IMG/VR virus record: IMGVR_UViG_3300017764_000003 | Location: 1 to 60,573 of that record | Length of the DNA: 60,573 nt | Strand: one strand, 5' to 3' | DNA from: a virus | Taxonomy: Duplodnaviria; Caudoviricetes | Shown here: piece by piece, positions 1 to 9,277 of the stretch | Numbering within the stretch: position 1 is the first letter of the stretch | Layout of the letters: every line of letters begins with the position of its first letter | The notes under the pieces: model-generated | The model's database searches: none | Told to the model about the DNA's origin: nothing | What the model saw: only the letters and a program-made list of their open reading frames with translations | Translations under genes and position numbers: made by a program

Positions 1-9
1 GAATGGAGC

Positions 10-96
10 ATGAAATTATCTTTAGTTGAGGACTTAATAGATGAGGGAAATCCTCTGAGTCCATTTAAAATTTTAAAACAAAGGAGGTACAAATGA
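10..96 (+). CDS. Small early protein (28 aa, MKLSLVEDLIDEGNPLSPFKILKQRRYK)
   Basis: GGAG directly upstream; ATGA overlap with next gene; read by hand. Confidence 0.45.
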   Translation: MKLSLVEDLIDEGNPLSPFKILKQRRYK

Positions 97-392
97 TTAA
101 TAACTCAGAAACTTTAAACGCATATGCAGTACGTAACTTTATGTACTACCTATGGAACTTTGACAGTAAGCATTTTATTATTGATGGTCAAGGTGAATAT
201 CTACCTTCGTTCTTCTCTGTATGGGAAGACAAGGGGGCTATGATGAATCACATGGTCAGTAAGTATTTAAATATACTTAAGACTAGAGATTGTAATAGTA
301 GCCAAGCTATAATATACTTCTACTTTGAGGTAGATAATCATAATCAAGCAATGATGTCTGATTACGTATACAAAAACTATCAAGGAGCATGA
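93..392 (+). CDS. Hypothetical early protein
   Basis: ORF with AAGGAGG RBS. Confidence 0.75.
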   Translation: MINNSETLNAYAVRNFMYYLWNFDSKHFIIDGQGEYLPSFFSVWEDKGAMMNHMVSKYLNILKTRDCNSSQAIIYFYFEVDNHNQAMMSDYVYKNYQGA

Positions 393-613
393 AGTATAAG
401 GTAAACAGAAATCAATTCTTGAATTGGTACTTCTCAACTAGGAGTATTGAATCTAAATTAAGAAGAAGGTTGCAACGTAACAAGGATGGCGTTGCAACCA
501 TATCTGTAGAAGAATTATTTATGGAGTGTCATATTGTTCCTTCAGGAATAACAGATCACCCTGTAGTTAATAAGTTCTATGATGTAAAAGATTGTGAATT
601 AATTTATAAATAA
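389..613 (+). CDS. Hypothetical early protein
   Basis: AAGGAG RBS, ATGA coupling. Confidence 0.75.
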   Translation: MKYKVNRNQFLNWYFSTRSIESKLRRRLQRNKDGVATISVEELFMECHIVPSGITDHPVVNKFYDVKDCELIYK

Positions 614-623
614 GGAGGTAAAG

Positions 624-887
624 ATGTCTAAGAAAACAGTAACGGTATTATATGAAATGATATACCAAGAAAACGGTGGGTTGTATAGAACACTTAAAAC
701 TAATCTATATACAACCTATAAAAAAGCAAGTGCAGTAATGTGGGAAGACTTTGAAAGTAGAAAAGGATATGATCTATCAAAGATAAACCCAAATAAAGTA
801 TACGCATCTATTGATTATACTTGCAGGAATAATTTAGGACAAGAATGTTTTTATAGAGTAGTAGTAGAAAAAAAGGAGGTGTACTAA
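624..887 (+). CDS. Hypothetical early protein
   Basis: AAGGAGG RBS. Confidence 0.75.
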   Translation: MSKKTVTVLYEMIYQENGGLYRTLKTNLYTTYKKASAVMWEDFESRKGYDLSKINPNKVYASIDYTCRNNLGQECFYRVVVEKKEVY

Positions 888-1327
888 TGGATGATTCATT
901 ATGGAATTACGAGAAAGGATTCAAGATATATAGGAATCTACATAAAGATTGTTGGAGTGTTCAGGCTTACAACAAAGACAAGAAAGGTTGGAGGTTATAT
1001 GCCCATGAGTATTGCTTGAAGGGTATCAACGCTAAGTTCTTGGTAAATGAGAAAGCAAGACAGAAAGTTATTAAAGAAAAGCGTAAGAATGTACACGCAT
1101 TTATTTGGGTTGATGAATATCATACAATAGATGTTAGATACACAGAGAATGCTGATACATTAAAAGAGATGGGATATCTTAGAGGAAAGTACAATCCTTA
1201 CAAGCATGATTCATTCATAGAAGAAAGAGCTTCTCTTCCATTGTTTGACTGCCCTGAAGTGTATCTTCAATGGAGTCATTTATACTTTCAACCTAACTTA
1301 CTTGATAGATATATACTGCAAGTGTAA
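887..1327 (+). CDS. Conserved phage protein of unknown function
   Basis: YRNLHK..WSV, RQKV..EKRKNVHAF and YNPYK motifs recall a widespread phage family; AAGGAGG RBS, TAATG coupling. Confidence 0.75.
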   Translation: MDDSLWNYEKGFKIYRNLHKDCWSVQAYNKDKKGWRLYAHEYCLKGINAKFLVNEKARQKVIKEKRKNVHAFIWVDEYHTIDVRYTENADTLKEMGYLRGKYNPYKHDSFIEERASLPLFDCPEVYLQWSHLYFQPNLLDRYILQV

Positions 1328-1400
1328 TGCAAATGCATTCCATGTGTATTGCAATTCAATGCAAGGTGCAATGCAAAGAAAAAGAAAGAAAGAAAGAAAT
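1317..1400 (+). repeat. TGCA-repeat (iteron-like) block A plus AAAG tract
   Basis: 7 TGCA cores in ~60 bp followed by (AAAG)n. Confidence 0.8.
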
Positions 1401-1422
1401 AACTTTATTAACCAAAAAATAT

Positions 1423-1453
1423 TTTGGTATTACTAAATAAAAATTTATATTTG
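1423..1453 (+). promoter_or_regulatory. Bacteroidota sigma70-type promoter of the replication module
   Basis: TTTG (1423-1426) - 19 nt - TATATTTG (1446-1453) matches TTTG-N19-21-TAnnTTTG. Confidence 0.75.
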
Positions 1454-1456
1454 TGT

Positions 1457-1804
1457 ATGGATATGATACCCCCAATGACTTATGTAGGTCTAGAAGATAC
1501 TGTACTAGGTGCTACTGAGATGTACCCTAGAATAGTTAATACGGTTGCCGATGAATTTAATATAACAACTAAGCAAATGTTCCTTAAGTCTAGGAAGAGA
1601 GAGTTGGTTGATGCTAGACGTTGTGTTATGTTTATACTCAGAGAGCATTATGAACTTACCTATAGCACAATAGCAAAAAAGTTTAAGTGCGATCACTCAA
1701 CTATTATTCATGGCGTTAGGAAAACACATGAGTTAATGAGATTCGATTCTGAATTTCAAAGAAAATTTATTTCAATTACAAACAAACTTAATATTCAATT
1801 TTAA
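1457..1804 (+). CDS. DnaA C-terminal (domain IV)-type HTH protein
   Basis: SRKRELVDARR..MF...LTYSTIAKKF..DHSTIIHG motif; start placed at first ATG after the promoter (1457 or 1463). Confidence 0.85.
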   Translation: MDMIPPMTYVGLEDTVLGATEMYPRIVNTVADEFNITTKQMFLKSRKRELVDARRCVMFILREHYELTYSTIAKKFKCDHSTIIHGVRKTHELMRFDSEFQRKFISITNKLNIQF

Positions 1805-1815
1805 ATTTAATTATC

Positions 1816-2736
1816 ATGAACAGTTTAAAGATCGCTCAAGAGAGCATGGACAAAGGAGAGAGAATTGTACAAATGTTAGAACAATTCGGATTATTTTGGA
1901 ACGTAAACAAGGTGCAGTTATTAACACCTGATGAAGAACCTACTGTATTCTATGGCACACAAAGGGAAGACAATCGTAATGTTTTTGCTTGTGTCAAGGA
2001 TGGATATAAAGTTCTACAGAATTGGGAGTTAGCTGAGATGGTTACAGAAGTTGCAGGTAACTTCGATATGAAGGTTGCTAAAGGCGGAATGTTTAACGGA
2101 GGTGGAAAGGTATACCTTCAGGTGCACACAGGAGATATCCAAGGGCTTGGAGAGAACAATGATACTATCAATAAGTACATTACAGCCCTGAACTCACACG
2201 ATGGTAGCAGATCAGTAGGGTTTGGTAAGACTAACGTAACTATAAGTTGCCAAAATACTTTTCATCAGGCTTACCAAGACATGGAAAATAAGATCAGGCA
2301 TAGTGCTTCTATGAGAGAACGTATTGATGCCATGATGAGAGACTTCGAAAAGCTACAGGTAGAAGAGAAAAATCTTTACGATACTTTCTTCAAGCTAGCT
2401 AGCGAGCAAGCTACTCCTGAACATATCAAGGATGTAGTTAAGATGTCTACAGGTATTGACTTAATGCTTACACATGAGCAAGCATCAAACAATCATAGCA
2501 CTTACCAAATCAATCAGGCTAAACAGCTAACAGCTAGGATTACTGAAGAGATGTCATACAAAGGTCAAACTTTATGGGGCTTATTCTCAGGTGTAACTAA
2601 GTATACTAACAGAGATATCAGAGTTGCCAATAGAGAGAATGCAACTCTTGAATCTAAGTTCTTAGGATCTGCAGGTAAGATTGATAATAACGCAATGAAT
2701 TATGTTGCTAAGAAAGTCTTATTAGAAACAGTTTAA
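1816..2736 (+). CDS. DUF932-family protein
   Basis: GYKVLQN, NSHDGS, ISCQNT, TLWGLFSGVTKY motifs. Confidence 0.85.
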   Translation: MNSLKIAQESMDKGERIVQMLEQFGLFWNVNKVQLLTPDEEPTVFYGTQREDNRNVFACVKDGYKVLQNWELAEMVTEVAGNFDMKVAKGGMFNGGGKVYLQVHTGDIQGLGENNDTINKYITALNSHDGSRSVGFGKTNVTISCQNTFHQAYQDMENKIRHSASMRERIDAMMRDFEKLQVEEKNLYDTFFKLASEQATPEHIKDVVKMSTGIDLMLTHEQASNNHSTYQINQAKQLTARITEEMSYKGQTLWGLFSGVTKYTNRDIRVANRENATLESKFLGSAGKIDNNAMNYVAKKVLLETV

Positions 2737-2748
2737 TTCTTTAGAGTC

Positions 2749-3189
2749 ATGGATAAACCTATCAAGAAGTATCACAAGTGGTCTAAAGAAGACACAGCAT
2801 GGCTATCCTGCAATATTAGTGGCGAGTATTCTAATAAAGAACTCGCTACTATTTTAGGCAGGTCTATTGATTCTGTTAAAACTAGAAGAAAATACTTGAA
2901 GTCAGGTATAATTAAACCTGATCATAGTATGGTGACAGCAATAAATGTTCATGGAGTTAGTAGCTATAAAGCATGGGATGAGCATTCATCTTATTGGATT
3001 AACACTACAATAACAAAAGGAATTGTATATAATAAAGTTCCTATTGTGGATGAGAACGACTGCAAGAATGTTAGTTGTAAAACTCCATATCAATATAGTG
3101 CTTCAATAATTAGAACTCAACTTTTAATTCTATGCTTGGTTGTATTCGTATGGACATTAATTTTTATTTTACTAAATGTTTTTTTATAA
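2749..3189 (+). CDS. HTH/Myb-like protein with C-terminal transmembrane helix
   Basis: WSKED...ELATILGRSIDSVKTRR; hydrophobic C-terminus. Confidence 0.6.
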   Translation: MDKPIKKYHKWSKEDTAWLSCNISGEYSNKELATILGRSIDSVKTRRKYLKSGIIKPDHSMVTAINVHGVSSYKAWDEHSSYWINTTITKGIVYNKVPIVDENDCKNVSCKTPYQYSASIIRTQLLILCLVVFVWTLIFILLNVFL

Positions 3190-3446
3190 TGGAAGATGTA
3201 ATTTTCAATGACGTTGGAGAGAGTAAACCAAAATACTCCAACTTAAAAGAACTTCTTAAAGAAGAAGGGAGAACTCAGACATGGCTTATCAAGAAGCTAG
3301 AAGAGTATGGTATTAAAAGAGACAAAGCACAAGTCTCTCAGTATTGCAGAAATATATTCAGACCAAGAGATGAGTATGTTATTAGAGCAATAGCTGAAAT
3401 TATAAATGTGGATTTTCAAATAGTTAACAATTGTTTTAGTAAGTAA
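3189..3446 (+). CDS. XRE/Cro-like HTH regulator
   Basis: LKELLKEEGRTQTWL...QVSQYCRN..RP; start moved to TAATG-coupled ATG. Confidence 0.75.
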   Translation: MEDVIFNDVGESKPKYSNLKELLKEEGRTQTWLIKKLEEYGIKRDKAQVSQYCRNIFRPRDEYVIRAIAEIINVDFQIVNNCFSK

Positions 3447-3447
3447 T

Positions 3448-4374
3448 ATGGAAAACTTAAATTTAATTAGATCCATTGATACAGTTATTGATGGACAAGG
3501 GATAGTACACCCTAAAGGATCAGGATTTGGTGGCAAATATAACAGACTGCCTGCTATTTATAGAGAGAAGTTATCGAAGGCTATACCTTCAAACATGATA
3601 TCTAAACACCCAACTAAAACATTCCTTTCTGTTATCAAAGCTATTGCTATAGTAGAAAGAATGAATGATGTGTTTGGAACTAATGGTTGGAACTTAGAGC
3701 ACAACGTAGTTGAGATGACAACTCTTAAAGTTAAGGAAGGTGAAGTGCCTTACGTAGTTATGAAGGGTAGAATTTATGTACGTGAATTTGATTTGTATAC
3801 ACCTTATCAATATGGTGGTCATCAACTAGGCGGTAAAGGTACTGAGCCTGCAGATGGATACAAGTCAGCAGTAACAGACATTCAATCTAAGTGCTCTTCA
3901 TATTTAGAGATTGGTATTCAAGTGTTTAAAGGTCAACCTAATTCTCAGGAGTATAATAAGTCTAAACGAAAAGACGAGCATGATGTTGAAGAAGCTACGC
4001 AGAATATGGTTGCAAAGGTTGTAGATGAAATGCTTGAACCTGTTAAGAAGAAAGCACCTGTAAAGAAAAAGAAAACTGCCAAGAAGAAAGAGGTGGTTGC
4101 TGAAGTTGCTGAAGCAGAGGCTGCTGTTGCTGAAGTATGTGATGATAAGTCAACCTTACAGCAAGAGAGTGATGATTTAATCACTAAATTAATTGAACCT
4201 GTTAATGCAATAGAGGTAGCGGAAGAAAAGATTCTTAAATATAATACAGCAGAGGGGTTAAAAGATAATGCTACTGTAATTATATTTGATGCTCAAATGG
4301 ATGGAGCAACTGATCAAGAGTTATCTGATCTGAAGTCTGCTATAAATACTCGTTATAAAGAACTTTTAAAATAA
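3448..4374 (+). CDS. Rad52/Sak-like single-strand annealing recombinase
   Basis: ERMNDVFG..GW and YKSAVTD..SKC.S..EIG motifs. Confidence 0.8.
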   Translation: MENLNLIRSIDTVIDGQGIVHPKGSGFGGKYNRLPAIYREKLSKAIPSNMISKHPTKTFLSVIKAIAIVERMNDVFGTNGWNLEHNVVEMTTLKVKEGEVPYVVMKGRIYVREFDLYTPYQYGGHQLGGKGTEPADGYKSAVTDIQSKCSSYLEIGIQVFKGQPNSQEYNKSKRKDEHDVEEATQNMVAKVVDEMLEPVKKKAPVKKKKTAKKKEVVAEVAEAEAAVAEVCDDKSTLQQESDDLITKLIEPVNAIEVAEEKILKYNTAEGLKDNATVIIFDAQMDGATDQELSDLKSAINTRYKELLK

Positions 4375-4895
4375 TGTATATGAATGATGTAAATGATTTA
4401 CCGTTCCCTGAAAAGGAAGGAGGATACAACATAGGTTTGTTTGTTGAGAAACAAGAAACTTATAGCAAGGAATCGCTTAAGCTACAAGCAAAGAAAGAAA
4501 TGAATGCAGTTATCGAAGGTATTGTCGAGCCTGCTGAAGTCTATGCAAAGTTAAAAGCTATCAGCCATTTTATTGATGAGTGTATTAATGAAATAAAAGA
4601 AGATGTTATTACAGAGGTTGATAAGTATGGAAAGGAAGGAGTTAATGTTTGTGGTATTCCATTGATAGTAAAGAATCAAGGTAAGAAGTATTCCTTTGAA
4701 GACAACGATGATTGGATTGAGTTAGATGATAAGATCAAAGACCTTACTGATAAGAGAAAGGACATTGAATCTAAGATGAAGGCTCTAGTTGGTACTGCAG
4801 GATATGTAGACAGCGATTCAGGAGAGATGTTAGCACCTGCTAGGATAGTAAGTGAAGGAAAGACAATAGTTCAAGCAACAATACCTAAAAAATAA
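4374..4895 (+). CDS. Conserved phage coiled-coil protein next to the recombinase
   Basis: ORF, TAATG coupling, coiled-coil composition. Confidence 0.65.
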   Translation: MYMNDVNDLPFPEKEGGYNIGLFVEKQETYSKESLKLQAKKEMNAVIEGIVEPAEVYAKLKAISHFIDECINEIKEDVITEVDKYGKEGVNVCGIPLIVKNQGKKYSFEDNDDWIELDDKIKDLTDKRKDIESKMKALVGTAGYVDSDSGEMLAPARIVSEGKTIVQATIPKK

Positions 4896-4904
4896 TATAA
4901 GATT

Positions 4905-5573
4905 ATGAGTAGTAAGAACACATTTTATTTTTCTCACGATGCAAATGCTCACGAGGATGATAAGATTATCTGTCTTATGTCTCATTATGGTAGCCAAGGT
5001 TATGGATGGTGGTGGATTATGGTAGAAGTTTTATTCCAACAAGAAGGATGTAAGCTAGACCTATCTAATAAGACTACCATCCCATACCTTTATAGAATGC
5101 TATGGGATATGCCTATGAAAGATATAGAATCTTTTATTGATCAGCTAGTAGACTTTGGTTTATTAGTTAGAGAAGGAGATGTTGTATACTCTGAGTCATT
5201 ACTTAAAAGAAATGATAAGATAGATGATCTTAGAGAGAAGAGAAGAGCTGCTGCTAATGCTAGATGGAATAAAAAGAAAGAGACTAAGGAAGAGATTCCT
5301 AAAAACTCTAAGCCTTTAGATCCAAGCAAGACTATAGCGGTATTAAAAGACGACAACTTATTTTCTATTTTTGCAATTGAACTTAGTAAACACGAAATCT
5401 ATTCTGCTTTACCCAAAAGACAAGTCTATTCAGAGAGAGAGTCATGTCTTAATTGGTTAGCCTCTAAAGGCACAATCAAAAAAGACTACAAAGCTTTCTT
5501 TAAGAATTGGATTAAGAAAAGAATAGAAGATAGTGGATTAAATACTAATAATAATCAAACAATGGTCTACTAA
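4905..5573 (+). CDS. DUF4373-like replication initiator
   Basis: YFSHDANA..D.KI..L...G..GYG.WW...E.L and RRAAANARW; directly upstream of the helicase. Confidence 0.8.
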   Translation: MSSKNTFYFSHDANAHEDDKIICLMSHYGSQGYGWWWIMVEVLFQQEGCKLDLSNKTTIPYLYRMLWDMPMKDIESFIDQLVDFGLLVREGDVVYSESLLKRNDKIDDLREKRRAAANARWNKKKETKEEIPKNSKPLDPSKTIAVLKDDNLFSIFAIELSKHEIYSALPKRQVYSERESCLNWLASKGTIKKDYKAFFKNWIKKRIEDSGLNTNNNQTMVY

Positions 5574-5574
5574 T

Positions 5575-7407
5575 ATGAACGCAGATAAACTATCATCACT
5601 TGGTATTAAGTTACCGAGAAAAAATGGGCAGGTAAAAGTTACCTGTCCACAATGCAGTCACACAAGAAAACCACAGAATAGAAAAGAACCCTGCTTGTCT
5701 GTTAATATAGACGAGGGAATATATAATTGTCACAACTGTGGTTGGCAAGGATCTGTAGCTGATAACAAATACGAAGTACCTGATTGGAATTATACTCATG
5801 ACGTTGTACCTGAATCTAAGTGTATGGATTACATGATAGAAGAAAGAAAGCTATCAAGGCTTACACTATCTGCATTCAACATACGTCAAGAGAAACAATA
5901 CATTCCTAAAGAAGGTAAGGAAGTTGACTGTATACAATTCCCTTACTTTAAAAATGGTATTGTAGTTAACATAAAGTATAGATCACTTGGTAAAGGATTT
6001 AGAATGGTTAGTAATGCAGAACTAACAATGTTTAATCTTGATTGTATTGATACTGAATCAATAACAGAGTCAGCTATAGTTACAGAAGGAGAGATTGATG
6101 CGATGTCTTTTTATGAGGCAGGATTTGATACCGTTATATCTGTACCTAACGGTGCAAGTAAAGGTAATAACAACCTGCAGTATATAGATAACTCTGCCTT
6201 ACACTTAGAGAAAGTGGAGAAGTTCTACTTAGCATTAGATAAAGACGAAGCAGGTAAACAACTAGAGAATGAGATAGCAAGAAGACTAGGTAAAGATAAG
6301 TGTTGGATTGTTGATTTTCCTAATGGTTGCAAAGATGCTAATCAAGTTTTATTAGAACATGGATACAATGCTTTACAGCAGGCTATAACTAATGCAAGAC
6401 CTATGCCTATTGAAGGTGTAATAAAAGCTAACGACTGTAGAGATTCTGTTTATGAACTGTATAGAAACGGTGTTGATAGAGGTGATCTATTAGATGTAAA
6501 AGGCTTTGATGATTTGTTATCTTTTAAGACATCTATGCTGTACATAATTACAGGTATACCTACTCATGGTAAAAGTTCTGTATGTAATTGGATGGAGTGC
6601 TTGTTAGCTGCTCGTAGCGGTTGGAAGTTTGCGATCTTTTCTCCTGAACATTATCCATTAGATTATTTAATATATAGATACGCTGAGATTCTAGTTGGTA
6701 AAGGGTTCTTTCATAACTCAGAAACAAGAATGGGTGAACATGAATTAGGTCTAGCACTAGATTTTATTAATGAACATTTCTTTTTCATAAGACCTACTGA
6801 AGGTATGTATACTATGGCTGAGTTGTTAGACATAGCTAAGTCTTTAGTTCTTAGACATGGAGTTAAAGGATTTACTATTGATCCATGGAATACTATAAAG
6901 CATGACTATAACTCAGGTCTTACAGAGACACAGTACATAGAGGTTGCCTTAAATGAACTGACTATATTTAAACAAGTTCATGATGTTGGTGTGTTTTTAG
7001 TTGCACACCCTCGTAAGATGGCTAAGATTAAAGACATGAATCATCCTATGCATGGGCTTCATGAAGTTCCTACCTTGTATGATATATCAGGTAGTAAATC
7101 ATTCTATGATAAGGCTGATGTAGGCATAACAGTATATAGAAACTTTACAACTAAACAAACAACTATATACGTACAGAAGGTTAAGTTCAAACATCTTGGT
7201 GAGGTTGGTATGCAGAACTTTAATTACGAAGGATGTAGTAGATACTCGCCTACTAATGAGGTTCAAGATTATCTAGACTACAGAGATAAAACACCTGAAG
7301 CTTATATAAGAACCCCACTTCCACAGACAGCTATCAATAGGAATTGGTTTGATGATAATGAGGATAGAGTTGATCAACATGAACAAGAAATAGATACACC
7401 TTTTTAA
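5575..7407 (+). CDS. Bifunctional primase-helicase (T7 gp4/Twinkle-like)
   Basis: CPQC...CHNC zinc finger, TEGEID and DKD TOPRIM, GIPTHGKS Walker A, IDPWN, VAHP. Confidence 0.95.
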   Translation: MNADKLSSLGIKLPRKNGQVKVTCPQCSHTRKPQNRKEPCLSVNIDEGIYNCHNCGWQGSVADNKYEVPDWNYTHDVVPESKCMDYMIEERKLSRLTLSAFNIRQEKQYIPKEGKEVDCIQFPYFKNGIVVNIKYRSLGKGFRMVSNAELTMFNLDCIDTESITESAIVTEGEIDAMSFYEAGFDTVISVPNGASKGNNNLQYIDNSALHLEKVEKFYLALDKDEAGKQLENEIARRLGKDKCWIVDFPNGCKDANQVLLEHGYNALQQAITNARPMPIEGVIKANDCRDSVYELYRNGVDRGDLLDVKGFDDLLSFKTSMLYIITGIPTHGKSSVCNWMECLLAARSGWKFAIFSPEHYPLDYLIYRYAEILVGKGFFHNSETRMGEHELGLALDFINEHFFFIRPTEGMYTMAELLDIAKSLVLRHGVKGFTIDPWNTIKHDYNSGLTETQYIEVALNELTIFKQVHDVGVFLVAHPRKMAKIKDMNHPMHGLHEVPTLYDISGSKSFYDKADVGITVYRNFTTKQTTIYVQKVKFKHLGEVGMQNFNYEGCSRYSPTNEVQDYLDYRDKTPEAYIRTPLPQTAINRNWFDDNEDRVDQHEQEIDTPF

Positions 7408-7416
7408 AATAAAATT

Positions 7417-7491
7417 ATGAGTAAAGATGATTTAATATTAGCAGGCATATGTTTGTGGACAGCAATTGTTATAATATCATTGTTTATATAA
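7417..7491 (+). CDS. 24-aa single-TM micropeptide (MSKDDLILAGICLWTAIVIISLFI)
   Basis: Read by hand; fills the intergenic gap. Confidence 0.5.
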   Translation: MSKDDLILAGICLWTAIVIISLFI

Positions 7492-7502
7492 AAGAAAGAA
7501 AT

Positions 7503-7661
7503 ATGAATAGAATCATAGACATTAAGACAGGTAAGATATATAAGTCTGCTAAAGAAGTTTCTGATGAGTTTAATATACCACATTCAACTATAAGATGTTG
7601 GACAAATGGTTCTAGAAAAAACTATTCTACATTTAAAATTTACAAAGAAAAAAAGATATGA
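7503..7661 (+). CDS. Stand-alone NUMOD1-like DNA-binding protein
   Basis: TGKIYKSAKEVS..FNI..STI motif. Confidence 0.65.
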   Translation: MNRIIDIKTGKIYKSAKEVSDEFNIPHSTIRCWTNGSRKNYSTFKIYKEKKI

Positions 7662-8068
7662 TTAATAAAGTAATTTTAGTAGGAAACTTAGGATCAGATC
7701 CTAAGACCTACACGTTTGATGATGGTAACATGGTTACTAATTTTAATTTAGCTACTTCAGAGAAGTATACTAATAAAAAAGGTGATAAGGTAGACAATAC
7801 CGAGTGGCATAACGTCACTACATACGGTAAGACTGCTGAACTTGCAACGCAATACCTATCTAAAGGTAGTAAGATATACTTAGAAGGTAAGATTAAGACT
7901 AGCAAGTACGAGAAAGATGGCGAGGAAAGATACAAAACAGAAATAGTTGCTAACAACATTACGTTTTTGTCTACTCAAAGAGACACTAATCAAGATGCTA
8001 CTGCTACTGCTACTGTTACACCTACGGCTTCTGTAGTATTAAATGAGTCTGATGACTTGCCTTTTTAA
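7658..8068 (+). CDS. ssb: Single-stranded DNA-binding protein
   Basis: NKVILVGNLG.DP, TEWH, YLEGKI, C-terminal DDLPF. Confidence 0.97.
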   Translation: MINKVILVGNLGSDPKTYTFDDGNMVTNFNLATSEKYTNKKGDKVDNTEWHNVTTYGKTAELATQYLSKGSKIYLEGKIKTSKYEKDGEERYKTEIVANNITFLSTQRDTNQDATATATVTPTASVVLNESDDLPF

Positions 8069-8083
8069 AATTTAGTTTTTTCA

Positions 8084-8145
8084 AGGGGAGGGGTTTTTAT
8101 TTTTAATTATTTAAAAAAGTGCGTGTTTGTTTGAAACCTCTCCCT
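8084..8145. terminator. Imperfect hairpin after ssb
   Basis: AGGGGAGGGGTTT ... AAACCTCTCCCT arms with a large AT-rich loop. Confidence 0.35.
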
Positions 8146-8159
8146 GATAAAAATATATT

Positions 8160-8324
8160 ATGTCAGATAAAGAAATACAATTGACTGCTATCTTTGCAGA
8201 GATTGCATCAGCAGTTATAACTCTAGAAAAAAATAATCCTAACAATTATGAATTAGGTAAGTCTGTTAGAAAATTAATTAACAATAAATTAAAACTTAAA
8301 GAAGATGAAGTGGGAAGATTATAA
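8160..8324 (+). CDS. Small phage protein (54 aa)
   Basis: Read by hand; PNNYELGKSVR motif recalls small phage proteins. Confidence 0.55.
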   Translation: MSDKEIQLTAIFAEIASAVITLEKNNPNNYELGKSVRKLINNKLKLKEDEVGRL

Positions 8325-8874
8325 AGCAAATGCAATGAGAACTTTTGCTCATAACAATTCTATCAATATAGATGATGAGTTGTTTAATAAGAAGATGAAT
8401 GAACTACATTGCGTTATAGGAATAAGCACAGAAATTGCTGAGTTTATTCAAGCCATTGCAAACAATGATAAAGTAAATGCCTCTGAAGAAATAGGAGACA
8501 TCTTATGGTATACAGCAAATTTAGAAAGACTGTCTGTTCCAACAGGTCTTAGTTTTCCTTACGATGAGAAAGGTATTACTGTATTTGCAGATGAGTTTCT
8601 AGTGTCTGTTCAAAATTTACTTGACACTTATAAGAAAGGAGTATACTATGGTTCTGATATAGACTATGAAGCAGTATTGTTTTACATTGAAGAGATTAAA
8701 AAGACTTGTGTTGGTATGCTTGTTATGAATGAGATTAATCCTGAAGATGTAATGGAGACTAACATTAATAAGCTAGCTATAAGATATCCTGATAAGTTTA
8801 CAAGAGAGGATGCAGAACAAAGAGATCTATTTGCAGAACGTAAAGTATTGGAAGATGGCAACTCCAATATTTGA
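8305..8874 (+). CDS. MazG-like nucleotide pyrophosphohydrolase
   Basis: GISTEIAEF...EEIGDILWY and NINKLAIRYP motifs. Confidence 0.85.
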   Translation: MKWEDYKANAMRTFAHNNSINIDDELFNKKMNELHCVIGISTEIAEFIQAIANNDKVNASEEIGDILWYTANLERLSVPTGLSFPYDEKGITVFADEFLVSVQNLLDTYKKGVYYGSDIDYEAVLFYIEEIKKTCVGMLVMNEINPEDVMETNINKLAIRYPDKFTREDAEQRDLFAERKVLEDGNSNI

Positions 8875-9277
8875 ATCTAAGAATGACTTAAATAATGAGA
8901 AAGATGTAGCACTAAGACTAGCTAGCAGGAGAAATCTTCAGCTAGTTAAGCTACGTTTAGATGGACTAGATTATATGTTAACAGATGTTAATGGTAAAGG
9001 TGTTTGCTTTCTTGAAATCAAATGCTTTAACTCTAATCATAATTCATTTAATACATTGCCCCTGAACTTATTGAAGTACGAAAAACTTAAGATTCATGAG
9101 AGACTTTTGCCTACGTTCTTCGTAATAAAGTTTGCAGATGATGTAATAACTTACATAGACTCTAAAGAAATAGATGGATATTTAAAAGAGATGAAAAGAA
9201 AAGTAGTAAGACCAAATGCAGCTTATGATGTTGAAGTATGCATATTTATAAATAAAAATAAATTCACTAAACTATGA
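8855..9277 (+). CDS. PD-(D/E)XK-like nuclease
   Basis: LDY...FLEIK motif; start uncertain (8810 or 8855). Confidence 0.6.
   Translation: MATPIFESKNDLNNEKDVALRLASRRNLQLVKLRLDGLDYMLTDVNGKGVCFLEIKCFNSNHNSFNTLPLNLLKYEKLKIHERLLPTFFVIKFADDVITYIDSKEIDGYLKEMKRKVVRPNAAYDVEVCIFINKNKFTKL

Noticed and set aside
1245-1436. 63-aa ORF over the TGCA block
   Set aside because: Overlaps a better gene and is just the translation of the repeat; treated as a DNA element
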